DNA of 63,354 nt, counting the filler, from Folioceros fuciformis (taxonomy: Eukaryota): the NCBI GenBank assembly GCA_049999805.1. It is 17 parts of 17 records of this genome, joined end to end, with 100 filler letters (N's around TTAATTAATTAA, not from the genome) between each part and the next. Parts side by side here need not be neighbours in the genome. Positions count along the whole stretch, not along the records: positions 45,081 to 46,602 come from JBNGIO010000280.1; positions 46,703 to 49,928 come from JBNGIO010000281.1; positions 50,029 to 61,328 come from JBNGIO010000282.1; 14 more parts are not named here. One strand, written 5' to 3'. Position numbers and translations under genes: made by a program. Below the pieces are notes generated by a model. It made no database searches and was not told the origin of the DNA. It saw nothing but the letters and a program-made list of their open reading frames with translations. Below are positions 45,434 through 58,170 of this stretch, piece by piece (within the stretch, counting starts at the first letter, position 1; each line of letters begins with the position of its first letter).

Positions 45434-46702
45434 ATTGTGAAGTGCTTAGGTACTCTATTAATGTTTATTAATCGAACTGAACTTAATTGTTCGCCAATGC
45501 AGTACGAACACGAGGAGTTGCAAACAAGTACTTCAACTCCCACTCGCGCATGTCGACATCAAATCCCTGGCTTAAAATCTCTGCTCAGGAATACAAGACG
45601 GCATCTTCTGTTTTAGGTTTCAAGAGCTCAACAAGATGGGTCTGGAGCTGTCTCGAGCTACACTAGGGTCTTCAAGTCAGCCAGTTGTGGTGCCAGCTGC
45701 GGCGCCAGGTTCTAGCTTCGAGATCAGTGCGTCTACTGTAGAGAAGTATGAGAACCTTGGACATATTGCTGTTGCTATGGCAGCGGCTTGCGCTGTTCAT
45801 TCAAATGCTGCTCCTGTCAAAGATGGTGCTCCTGCATAAGCTGCCACACACGACTGTCTAGAAGTTGCTCCTCTCCGCCTTTGTCACGACAACGCTTCAC
45901 GTGGGCTGAGACGAGTCAAACGCGAGGCCACACCTTCTGATGCTCACTAGATGAAGAAAATTTGACAAATGGAGAAGCGTGAAGTTCTCCTCACTGAAGA
46001 GATTTCTGCTCTTTGAAGGCAACTTCAGGCTTCCAGTGTTGCAGCTGTAGGCTTAGGCGTTTTGTCGCATGCTCCCACTCCTCCAGCGCATGGTCCCACT
46101 GAACGCAATTGCTTCTCACCTATGGGTCCTCTTAACGCTGTGAAGCTTCCTCTGCAGATTGAAGATGAGTATGTTGTCCTGCCAATGCCACACAATTCGA
46201 GACCCTACATGATGCCTAGAGGACACAGGTTCAAGACTATATGATTGGTGACTGATGGAGACAGGATCAACAACTCTCTTACCCCTGAAGCTTACTTTTG
46301 CACTGTTACTGGGATAGAGATGGTGAGAGAAGACTGGTTCAGATGGGGCGGCAACAACGGGAACTATATTTCTTTCTACAGTAAGTCTGCCTAGCTAGCC
46401 TCTAATCTTATGCACACTATTGCTGTGGTTTGAGGATGCTACCCAAACTAACTTCCTGACTGCAAAGTCATCAACTCCTCACACAGAGTTTCTATCAATT
46501 GTTGGACATAATTACGTTCTCTAAGAAAAGCTTAGAGACGTGATAGACAAAACTAATAATGATTAATTAACAAAATTTCTCAAGTGTGTTTTTAATACCA
46601 AANNNNNNNNNNNNNNNNNNNNNNNNNNNNNNNNNNNNNNNNNNNNTTAATTAATTAANNNNNNNNNNNNNNNNNNNNNNNNNNNNNNNNNNNNNNNNNN
46701 NN

Positions 46703-48638
46703 CCTCCACAGTAACAGCTTATCCCACCTCAACTCTGTCAAGGATCTTTTGCGAAGTGAATTTGAGATGGCGGATCAAGGCCCTCTTCAATTCTGCGTGG
46801 GCATACAGATTCTCAAGAACAGAGAGAGTTGTACTATTGTGCTTCATCAGACTAAGTATCTTAAAGAAATCTTAAAACGTGTTTACCTGGATGAAGCTCG
46901 GCTCGTCTCTACACCTTTTGTTGTTGGTGAAAAGCTTATTGTTGATCAGTCCCCACAGTCTGCAGAGGAGGAAAAGGACATGGTCTCTGTCCCTTATGCA
47001 GAGGCAGTTGGGTGCCTGATCTTTTTGGCGAACTGGACGAGACCTGACATCAGTTATTCAATCAGCATGGTTGCTCAGTTCTTGAAGTCTCCTAGTAGGG
47101 CTCACTGGTCTGCAGTAAAACGGATCTACCGTTATCTCAAAGGCACCATCAACCTTGGTTTGCATTACACGGCTAGTGGCAAGAAGGAGTGTGTACTTAC
47201 AGTTTTGGCAGACGCAGATTGGGCCTCGGATTCTGATTCTAGAAGTCTTTTTGCTTATGTTTGCCTCTTCTCGTCTAGCGCTGTCAACTGGTCCTACAAA
47301 AAGCAATTTTCTCTTGCTCTCTCATCTACTGAAGCTGAGTACAAGGCTCTAACAGATGCCTGTAAAGAGATTGAGTGGGAAAGGCAGTTCCTAGACTCTA
47401 TCTTCATGACCCAGCAGTCAGCCACTCCTCTATTATGTGACAGCATGTCAGCTGTTGCCCTAGTGGCCAACCCTAGGTTTCATGCTCGAACAAAGCATAT
47501 CGAACTTTATCATCACTATATTAGAGATGTAGCTGAAAGAGGAGTTGCTAAAGTGGACTACGTTAATACACATGATAACATTGCAGACTTGCTGACAAAA
47601 GGTCTTGCTAAAATCAAGCACTATAAGCATCTCACTTCTATGGGCCTTAGGGCTTTTGTCCTCCCTACACAGAACAGTTAACAGTAGGTCTTGGTAGGAC
47701 TGCTCCTCAGTGACAGATCTTTGAGCCAAGAATCCTACCAAAAGCATTAACAAGGGCACTCAGTGGATGAAGCATCCTGTTTACATATAATCGAGAGTTG
47801 CTCATAGTAAAAGCTCAATGGTTCAAAAGACCTACCTTTCTCGAGAGGACGAAAACGTTACGTGTTGGCAGCTCCTGAGGCCCCTTCAACTTGGCCAGTA
47901 TATCCAAGCTTTGACAGTTCCTGCAGAAGGGTTTTATCTCAGACTCTAATAGTGGAAACATTGTTGGGTCTCTTGGCGGAAACTTGGCTATCTAGTCCTG
48001 AAGATTCATGACTCGATATTTTGCAGTCTTGAGCGCTTCCTCGGCCTCTTCACATTTCTTCATTGTCTGGAGGAGATAACACACCAAGTTCCTGTCTGAT
48101 TGTGTAGGCCAATCTGCAGGCTCCTTCTCTGCTCGTGTGTCGCTAGGCACAAAGGAGTTACTTTGTTGCTGAGAAGACTCTTCCTGAAGATGGTTCTGAC
48201 AGCTCAAACCTCTGCCTCTCTTGCGCGCCATCGTTGTTGTCGTGCAGGAGAAGGTGACGAAGAGAAAAGAGAAAAAGCACACAACATCGACTTGAATGAG
48301 CTACAGGATGTCATGTGTTTCTTGGCTGAAGCTAAATCGATAGACACGCCGCCTGACGCCGCCTGGTTGTCTTCCCGATTGCACAGCATTAGCTTCTGCA
48401 ACTTGTTTATCATGAAGGGTTTATGATGAACTAGGGTTTAAGAAAATCTCCTTTTAACCTCGCTAGGTTAAGAGGGGGTGTTAGAGGTTATTTAAATAAC
48501 CTATAGTTAACCTAACTCGGTTCTTATCCGATAGGGTTAATAACCTAAGACTATAAAAACAACTTTGTATAACGATTCATAATCAGTTTTCTATATATGC
48601 TCTTTTTCTTGTAGTTCTCTAGAATCTGCCATTCAATA
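46703..48638 (+). mobile_element. Ty1/copia RT-RNase H, long 3' region, PPT (48470-48478) and 3' LTR (from 48479)
   Basis: EFEMADQG, TRPDISY, DADWA, SSTEAEY and RTKHIE, stop at 47681. AAGAGGGGG is followed by TGTTAGAG. Confidence 0.93.
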
Positions 48639-50242
48639 TATATATGGAATTACATATATAGAAAGTATCAAGAGCGGAAGCGACAGATCGTGTCCCATGG
48701 CTCGAGCTCGCAGAGGCCAACCTATCATAGAACGTCTGAGAAGGCATTACCGTCAGCTCATATGGGACTGTGCTTGGGCCTGGATTAGTTCCCAAGACTG
48801 TAATTGGCATGCCCTTGGTCCCAACGGCAAGAGGGAATCACCCAAACTCGCGTTCCCATCCTACATCTTCGCTTTTGAGGAATCTGAAGCCGCCTCCTGG
48901 CTTTTGGACCGATCGGCATGCTGGATCCCCAGTCCAACTGCCTCGCTCTCCTCAGGTATCTCTTCCCTCCATTTCAACACAAAGAGAGGTTGGTGTTGCA
49001 CCTCCCCACACCTCGAGAATTCCTCCACCAAAGAGTTCCTACTGTCGCGAGCTAGTGGTTGGTAGCCGTCAGATGCCTCAGAGGAAAACAGCTGCCACCA
49101 TACACCTGGAGCGCTCACCAGGCTGCACCACTCGTCCTTAGAGCTAGTATCGCGTATAGGCGGCACCACCGACACTTCCTCCTCCTCCCCACCCAGCTGC
49201 CGGGACGGGAGCTCGAAACCCGCATCTAGGAGACCAGGATACTGAGTCTTTACGACCTGGGCCTTGGCCAGGAGGTTCTCCGAAGCCAGGGGACTCGATC
49301 TGTTCCCCCCCATCGGTGACATCCTGCTGCCTCTTGCCTGAGTAGCCCATCCCTTTGCAACTGAGTGACCTCGATCACCTACATTCTGCTTGCCCGTCTC
49401 GACCTGTCCGATCGTTAGCCCATCTGGCGGAAATTCCACCTGCCGATCCACGACCTCCTTCCTAGGGTCAAACCCACGGGGTGCCTTCTAGCAGGTAGCA
49501 GGCACCCAAGGAGCCGGACTCACTTCGCCCTCTTGGACAGCCTCTGCCTGGAGAATTCCGTCATTGAGAGCCGACAACGCCCTCGCCTCGCCCAGGTCTG
49601 CCTGTCGACATCTGGCCACACCAATCGGACGCCTCACGAATCAGCTCTGTCTTCGGCTACGACCCCAAAATTCTCGTGATCACCCGTCGACGGGTTGCGG
49701 CCAGCCCTCGGGACACCCTCCATCCCAACCCAGCCTGCACCTGTGACCAAGTTCGAGCAATTCTTTTGAGCCTTGATAGAAGGGAGTGACGGTTTTGCTG
49801 GCACCGACACCAAGGCCCCCCCGATAGGCTCAACCACCACGTCGACAACCATTCTTGCAACCAAGACTTCGTCCTCCCAAGCCAACTCGACGGGAGGTTC
49901 TTGCACCGATTCCCCACATCCCCCAACCNNNNNNNNNNNNNNNNNNNNNNNNNNNNNNNNNNNNNNNNNNNNTTAATTAATTAANNNNNNNNNNNNNNNN
50001 NNNNNNNNNNNNNNNNNNNNNNNNNNNNAGTAAAATAGAGAGATTGACGGTGATCTAGTATTATACCTTGTGCAAAAATTTTGGACCATCCCAAACCAAA
50101 AGCTTCTACATACACAAGCCATCCCCCGAAAACGATGATCCCTACATGAGGAGCAGAGTGTCTAGAGATGAGGAAACGCATGATATTTATCTAAAGGTCT
50201 GATAGTTATGTAGCCTGATGACTAAGCAGACAAACACTAGGG

Positions 50243-53200
50243 TCAGTGCGAAGCCCACACCTCTCTCAGCAAACTGAATCGTTTAAGGACTCCAGTATAA
50301 CCGGCACCTCCAGTAGAGTCCTGGCGAGGCCTCCCAAAAATCGAGATCTCCCTAATGAGCGAAGATCTGTCATCTGGAGTCCTTGGCAGAATACCCGATG
50401 AGCTATCGGGCATTAGAGAAGGTGGTGATTCTAAGTCCTCCAGTTCGTCGTCGCTTGTATATCCCTTCCTTAAAATGGACGAGCTCCTGCTCAGTCTATT
50501 CGCATCGTTCGGCTTCCCAATGATCTCTTGTACATAAGCTGCAGGAGGCGGGATGTATGTTGTTGGAGGCGCAGACGCCATCGCCACAAAACTAGGACCA
50601 ACCTCTACATCTCCTTGTCTACGCCTCTCTACAGCCACCTGCAAGTGCCTAGTGCTGATTAGCTGAAGCCGCACGGAGGGCTTGCGGTTGTGCATGTTAG
50701 CCCTCGCTGCATCACTGTGCATCTGCATTGCACGAGAGGGTAACAAAGGACAAGCCAACCCACTTACCTCAGCATTCAGAGCAGCAAGAAGAGACGGCGA
50801 GACAGGATCCGGGAAAAATTCGTCCGGCTCAAAAATTGATAGGACCCTCCTGATCAACGGCAGGCTAAGTGCAGGACACACCTGCAACACAGCGTGAAAA
50901 GTTGAAGTGTTCAACAGCAGCGACAGGCCGGGCCCACAAAGTAACCTCAGGTTAGGAGAGACAGACCTCCTTCCTCACAGATTTGTCCATCAAGATATCC
51001 TTTGGCAACATAAGAAGATCAGCTGTAGCTCTGAGGAAAGTGAAATAGAGCGTCCCCTTGTCAACCTCGTCCACACTTCCCACATCATTTTCATGGTTGT
51101 AAACCTCACCAGACGTACTTGCATCTCCAGTACCAAGAACACCTGCTAGCCAATTCGACCAGGTTCCCACCTGTGCTTGTTACAAGCGATTATGTAAGAA
51201 TTTCTACCGACTGAACATGTCAAGAGGAATACAACCGGGTAAAAATCTAAATGGCCGAAGGAGTGAAGCTCTTAACTTACCGCATTCTTCAGCTGTGCAC
51301 CGTCTCCAAAAGTCAACTTTCCAGGTGCCAATGGAAGGACATTTGGATCGCCAATGGGATCGGAAATTGGATCAGTAGCCACAAACTCACTGACATCACG
51401 TAGCAGAGCGTTAAATATGGCAACATCCAACCTCGCGGCACATTGCTCCATCACCTGCAGAACGAGCAGATCAGCCTTAGCGATAGCAATAACAAAAAGC
51501 AGCCCAAGTGCAACTCCCACAGACCTGGGCTCCATGTTACGGAAACAGCGATCTTGCATCAAAACATGACCTAGCTTTCGTCCTATATAGCTTGCACACT
51601 AGATAATGAGCACTTCACTTTGAATAACAGACCAATGTCATTAGTGAGTGTAAGCACCCACAGTCGTGGCCCGCTGCCCGGACAGGACAAAGCCTCTTGT
51701 GAACATCTAACAATGCCTTCTTCCAAATTTCGACAGAGATGTTCCCCTGACGGCCGTCACCAAGCTCGGACGGACCCATGGGCTCCCTTCCTATCAATCT
51801 CCAATCTGGAGAGTTAGGACGGGGACTGGAAATAGGACTCAGCTCCATTGATCTCTGCATGGGGGGTGCCATTGCCTGCAATAGAACCCGGCAAACGCAC
51901 AATTAAACATCTACTCTACAAGCCAAGCTCAATAGCTTGGCGACTCAAACAGATCAGAGAAAACCCGAGTTTCTCTACCTGCCACCAGACACATTCCATA
52001 ACCCTCCCGTGAATCCAAACTTCAACTCTCTCTAATGCAGTTGTATATGTGGCTGGCTCTTCCCAATCAGGCGAAGCACCTTCCCTTGAACTCAGCCTCC
52101 TACTATCTTGCGTGACAAGGATTGAGGACCTCCACAAGCCATTCTCAGAAACAGCAGAAAACTCAGGACTTCGGAGAGGCTTGGCACCACCAGGACTAGC
52201 AGGAGTTGGATTGGATGGAATTGTTCCACAGGCTTGAGATATCATTTCTTTAAGCACAACTACATTCGACCACCAGAAGGTCAACCTGCATCAACATCGA
52301 CCAGTCAGACCACACACGAAGCAGCACAAAGCATCCACAGAAAAGCTGAAGGGTCTTGCTCCCTGCGGCACTTTGTGCTATGCACTCATCTTATATATGC
52401 ATAGCTAGATGAGCCACATGCAAAGCATTTCCTTCCTGAAGGTCACCCGATGGTGGCCACAGGAAGACTGAATTCAATCTGAGAAAAGAACACTTTTGCA
52501 TCTCAGCTAGCAGTGCAAAACCTAACAACAACAACCTCATCAACATTACAGGAGCTTAAGTAAAGAATGCAAAAATTCTTAGAGCAGAAAGCTTGCTTGA
52601 CCTTGGAACATCATGGCCACACCCTCTGACGACCAGCACAATCCCTGCGACTGAATTTCTTGCTGAGATCGCCCTTCGCTCTGGACTCCATACTCTGCAG
52701 GCATAAGCATACAGCCTGGCAAGGCGACGAGCTGGGGCATGAACCTTGTGAGCAGACCCTCCATGTTCAGGAACAACAGAGTACAGAGCAACCTCTGCTG
52801 CTGCAATGTCGGTGAGTTCACCTTCACACAGGCCCACATTCTTTACCATTTTTGACAAATCTGCCTCCAAAAGTCTAATTCTTGCCTCTGCCCCTTCAAG
52901 TTTTTTTATGGCTTCGTCAAGAGCCTTGTTCTCAAACCTTTCTGTTATCTTTTCCCCATCTACACCCTTTGCAAGTCTTGCCCTTGCTTCTTGTAGCACG
53001 CTGTATTCACCTCTCTCTTCAGGCCTCTTGTTGTCATCTATCGTTTTCGATGCCTTTCCTCGTGAAGGCTCTTTGTCCTCAACTCCTCGTTCAACGCCAT
53101 CGTAGTTTTGGTCTGACTTCAGAGCCGACAACCCCACAAGCTCGCCCCTTTGCCCCTTCTGATCAGTTTTCTTCACAGAAACAACACTAGCATTGGCTTT

Positions 53201-54691
53201 AGCCACTAGCAACTTGGGGTCCAGTTTCGTCTCCATGGTGAAATCTAGAATTGTGACGTCCGCCCTCTGTTCAGTTGCAACAGACTTCATATCCACTTGT
53301 CTCTGTTCAGACGTTGCCTCAGGATTATTCCTGACATCCTGTGCTGACGACACAGGACGACCAGCTAATGTGATATCCGCACCTGTAGATGGCGGTGCCG
53401 AGGTAGGCCTCAAAGTGGATGCAGATAGAGATAGCTGGCACTTTCCTACTGGACTCTTCGTCAAAACTGAAGGTGAATGTCCGCCAGTAGAGGTAGGCGT
53501 GAAGAAGCCATCAGAGTCTGGACTAAACGGTTCGGATGACAGATCTGGAGATGAACCCCGGGATGAGCTTGTCTCCTTGCTTGTAACACCCCGCTTTGCC
53601 AAGTAAGCACTGGCAGCCGCCACAGGGGTTGACGCAGCAGATTTAGCTGGTAAGGCTGGAGGTTGAATCATCTGTCCCTCGTCGGCACCCGCATCACCAA
53701 CTTTCTGCATATTGAGGAACAGCTATTGATGAACAACCTTCCGAAGATGACGTCTAGATCTCTGTTCCATGGCAAGTGTGCAGGAGACGAGTTGACCTAT
53801 GCACAGGAAGACAAGGAAGCAGGTGCAGATCGCCCTCACCTGCAATTGAATTTCGGAAGAGGGATCTATCGAGCCCTCGCTTGATAGAACTGAAGACCTA
53901 ATGGGACTCTGAGCTGCTTCCTTGACCACAGGACTAGAAGAGGTGGCCAAGCTTTGAGATGTTTCAGATGCAGGGCCCAGAACCCGGGCCTGAAGAGATG
54001 GCGAGGAAGAACCGGGAGATTGGTCCTCATCATCATCCGTAAAAGCCGCAATCTCATCATCCTCATCGCTCATAAGAGCAGCAACCAGAGCCTCCCTTGA
54101 CTCCGGCTGCGAGATTGGATTACTTACAGACACGCAAGTCGCAGATGTGCCCACGCCCGATTTGCCATGGCCAGAAACGCTTCCGATGCGGCCCGGAACA
54201 TTTTTCTTGCTGAATGGTCCAATGCTAATGAACAAACTTGGAGAGACACCACTGTGGTTCTTCCTGGCCAGTGCCAGAGGAATGCTCGTGCACACGAGAG
54301 CATCCGCAATAGCGTAGTCAGCAAGATCAAGGACTGCCGTACCAATTTTCTGGCCCTTCAAACTAGATTCGAAAAGGCTGAAGATGACGCATTTCTTCTG
54401 GAATTTCCATGGCGCGGAAACTTTGCTGCTCCTTGACTCCTCTCTATAGAGAGTGGCTGGCAACCTGAAGGACTCGTGAAACACAATCCTCCCTCCATCT
54501 GGAGTGTCCTCAGGAGTCACAGCTCGAGTGCTCCCCGTCCGCTTCTCCCCCCGTTGCCATTGGAGGATGACCTGAACAGTGGATTTGACATTGTCCGCCC
54601 TTGGCCATGGTTTGATGTCCTGCACTTGGAGGTAGAAGTCAACTGCGAACGAGGGTCCTTTTTTGCTCTTCGACCTCAACCCTAGAACCAT
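50243..54691 (-). CDS. NT-C2 (EEIG1/EHBP1 N-terminal-like) domain protein with a C-terminal dilute-like region, 8 exons, about 1130 aa
   Basis: Exons 54691-53840, 53704-52602 (alternative acceptor 53722), 52285-51979, 51875-51633, 51454-51281, 51170-50967, 50881-50768 and 50638-50243, all GT-AG and in phase. IKPWP...LQWQRG...LDLADY, PEHGGSAHKVHAPARRL, RLTFWWSN, RLCPVRAAGHDCGCL and PDEFFPDP match a conserved plant family. Confidence 0.92.
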
Positions 54692-56115
54692 GACTCCGGT
54701 GAGGAAAACGTGCTCGATGCATCCGATAATCTGCCGCAGATACAGATGCCCAAACAACGGCGCGTATGCAGCAACTAGTCCCGAGGTGCGGGCACAGCGG
54801 GAGAGGGCCGAGATATAGCAGCAGCCAACGCCGGCAAAAGGGTGGACAGAATGTCATCTGCCCTAAACGTGACAGGGGATTGACAATGCATTCGACATAT
54901 CACAGACGACAAACGTCTCACATAGCCGTGTCTCTTCTGTCCACTAATCGATCAGGAGAGAACGAGGACGATGACGGGACAAGAAAAACTGCGAGTGCTT
55001 TTGAACTGCTCGACCAGCTACCGACGACCATTGCCACAACACATCAAACGACATATAGTCGGAACATCTCCTGATGGCAGACAGAAGGAACTCAACGCCC
55101 AAGACTCGGAATGAGGGCCGACACAGACACGCCAGATCAGCCAACGGTGCCCGTCAGATGTAAGGTTGTAGTGCCTCCCCTTCCGACCTTTAACCCCAAA
55201 ATTTGGAATGGGTTCTGTGCGTTTGTTTTAAAAATTATCATGTTTTGTTTTGTTATTATTTATTTATCACTCCTCTAAAATTCCAGAAAATATGGGAGGC
55301 GTTCCAAATGGAGTTCTATTTAATGCACTTTGTTCCATCCCAATCGACCGCGAGATGGAAACAAGGTGCAATTTCTACACAAGGAGGGCGCCCGCATGTT
55401 GGCTCCCTCCACTCTTTGCCTCCTTGTGCTAATGCAAGAGGCTAGCACCCTCCCCCCTTACCTCCTTGTGCTAATGCGAGGGGGGGGCACCACCATGTCA
55501 ATGCCCATTCGCTTCGTATGTGAAATGTGCTCGCACAGCCCCCACTTTGCTAGGAAGCCTTTTCCCTATTCACAACTTCAATTTCTATGCTTCATCTGCC
55601 TTCAATTGCTATGCTTCATCTGCCTTCAATTGCTATGCTTCATCAGGCTTTTACTACTCCTCTATTGCTTTCCCTCTAAATTGAACAAAAACCAATCTAC
55701 TTGTTAGTTGTCCAACTCTCACTTCCCTCACAGCCTTAGCTAGCTCCTTTGGTAGTCATCATCTTGAGCAATTATATGCAATTGTAGAAATGAGCATTGA
55801 GGCATGCCTCGAGAAAACCCCATAACACACAAGAGTGTTCTCTCTAGTGGCCACTCTTGACCATTGTAGTGTCACATAGTAGGTTCTTTTCTTACCAAGG
55901 AGGGATTACTCTAGCTTCACATTGATGCTCCTTCCACCATGTACTCCCCACGGTTACCCCATTGGGAGGTTGCTTAAGAAATGATTGTTACTATAAAATT
56001 ATTATTTTTGAATATTAAAAAAGAGACAGAAAGTCCCATCTACTCTAGAGATAGGAGGAACATCAAAGGCATGGCCAAAGGCCAACAAGGGTACTAGCCT
56101 CTTCAAACATCATTC

Positions 56116-56400
56116 TCAAAAACTACCTACTACTCCTAAAATGTCATGATGTAGAATAACAAAAGCCCTACCTACCCTCGGTGCCGAAAAAGTAGCTTGA
56201 CTTGCACTTGAAGCTGTTCTAAAAACTGCGTTGGCCAATGCTCTTTGCAAAAGCAATGGATATGTGTTGTCGAAAGAAGGCCACCACATAGGAAAGAGGA
56301 AGAACACCGTTCTTATGACTATGATAAACCTTTGCGCACTCCTTGATAAGCCTTAAAAAGTCCTTGCCCATGGTCCCATGAGTCTCAAGAGCCACGCACC
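56116..56400 (-). mobile_element. 3' remnant of a restriction-like-endonuclease (CRE-like) non-LTR retrotransposon
   Basis: ALETHGTMGKDFLRLIKE...FFRQHISIA, then after a frameshift LQRALANAV, resembling the RLE C-terminus. An AATAATAAT stretch lies ~110 bp further 3'. Confidence 0.55.
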
Positions 56401-56994
56401 ATGTGTGGATGTGTGAAAACATGTAGAGCCACAGTGAGGTGTGGAATGGGGAGCAAAAAACGATCCTGAAGCGAACCGACGACCTGCGTGCCAAGATCGA
56501 GGAGCTAGAAACTCAGCTAGCGAACTACAGGGCTCAGGAGGAACATCGGCAGGTGGCAATGCTCTGAGCCCAGACGGAGGCAATCTCCAACCTCTGATTA
56601 CAGGAATTGGCCACGGTCACCTCAGTGGCCCTAGAGGAGCTCTGGTGATATGTGGCGACTGCAGCAACGCAGCTCGCCAACCTACCAGAGGCTAGATGAT
56701 GACCAGAGTACAAGACCCTTCGGAGAATGGTGGTGGATGCCATCTAACAATTGGATGACAGCCACGTGTTCTTCCATAACGAAGTACTCTGAGTCTTAAG
56801 TAAGATTGCGGAGTCCATGGCTGTTGTGACTGCCCCAACCCCTCCCTCTGGCAAACGGACCACACCAAGCAGCCCAATACTTCAAGCCCCATGCCCCTCT
56901 TCCCCACGTTTAGGGTTTAGGGGCTCATGTTGTATCAAAGGATTCTAAGAACTCATGTTCCTCGTCACTCCTACCTTGGAGTAGCATTACCGCT

Positions 56995-58170
56995 TTGACA
57001 TTTTGTTTAACTTCATCTATTGAAGGACTATCTCACTGGTTTGTTGATTCTAGAGCAACTCCTCATGTTTGTAACAAGCGAGACCAGTTTGTAGTTTTTT
57101 ACTCACAGTCCACTCTACGATCAGTTTTTGTAGGAGATTCTACAGGCATACAAGTTAAGGGTTCATGTATGGTGTGGTTACCTTTGTTAGATGGATCCTT
57201 CCTTACTTTAGAAAATGTTCTTTAGATACCTAACATGAGCAAAAATTTGTTCTCAATACATGCCATTGTTCAAAGCACTAGATATGAATTTCGGTTTGAA
57301 GATGAGAGCTACTACATTTACCTTCTGTTTGATCTTGACAATTATATGGCAAGGGCTACTCTTGTTGATGACTTGTATCACCTAGATACAATCTTAAAGA
57401 GTAATGTTAGAGCTTTTCTATCATCTATCAATGCCCAAGCTCACCTTTGGCATGCTCGCTTGGGTCATGTCAATCGTTCCAAGTTGGATTTGATATCACA
57501 ATCAAACTCTTTTCGTAAACGTCTCTCGTCTTGTTTCAAGCACTTGCCAGTCTATAGCTCTTATGTGTTGTCCAAGCAAAAGGAATTTCCATTTCTAATA
57601 AAATCAGCCACTTGTGCAAGAGAAATTTTGGAGTTAATTCATGCAAACATTGCATGCAAGTTACCCATCAAATCACTTGGAGGGGCAAAAGTATTATCTC
57701 ACCTTGATGACTACTCTTGTTATACTTGGACTTATCCTTTGGCATTGAAAAGTGAGGTTTATGATGTTCTGTCCACTCGGATTCCTATTATTCAGCACCA
57801 CACAAGACAGCAAGTTAAATGTTTCCGTACTAACAATGGTGATGAGTTCACAGGAAGCAATGTGGTTGATTTGTTCCAACAATATGGAATCACCAAAAAG
57901 TTATCCATTCCTTATATTCAACAACAAAATTGCGAAACTTTAAGGAAAAATCAAACCTTGATGGGGATGGTTCGTAGTGTGTTGTCTTGGTTGGCACTTC
58001 TGAAATTTTACTAGGCTGAGGCAATTGTGAATGCTACTTATACACTGAACAAAGTTCTTACATCAATTGTTTCACATCGAAAACCACATGGGGCTATGTG
58101 GGGTAGCAAACCAAGCCTTCTTCACTCGCGGGTGTTTGGCTTGCTTGCTTATGCGTATTTTTTTGAACTC
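56995..58170 (+). mobile_element. Ty1/copia protease-integrase, degenerate
   Basis: WFVDSRATPHVC, LWHARLGHVN, LELIHAN, DDYSCYTW, RTNNGDEF and WGSKPSLLHSRVFG. Catalytic residues are mutated. Confidence 0.9.

Noticed and set aside
48640-49928. Possible LINE ORF1 fragment on the minus strand
   Set aside because: Low-complexity ORF pieces without an RRM or zinc-knuckle motif that I can verify.
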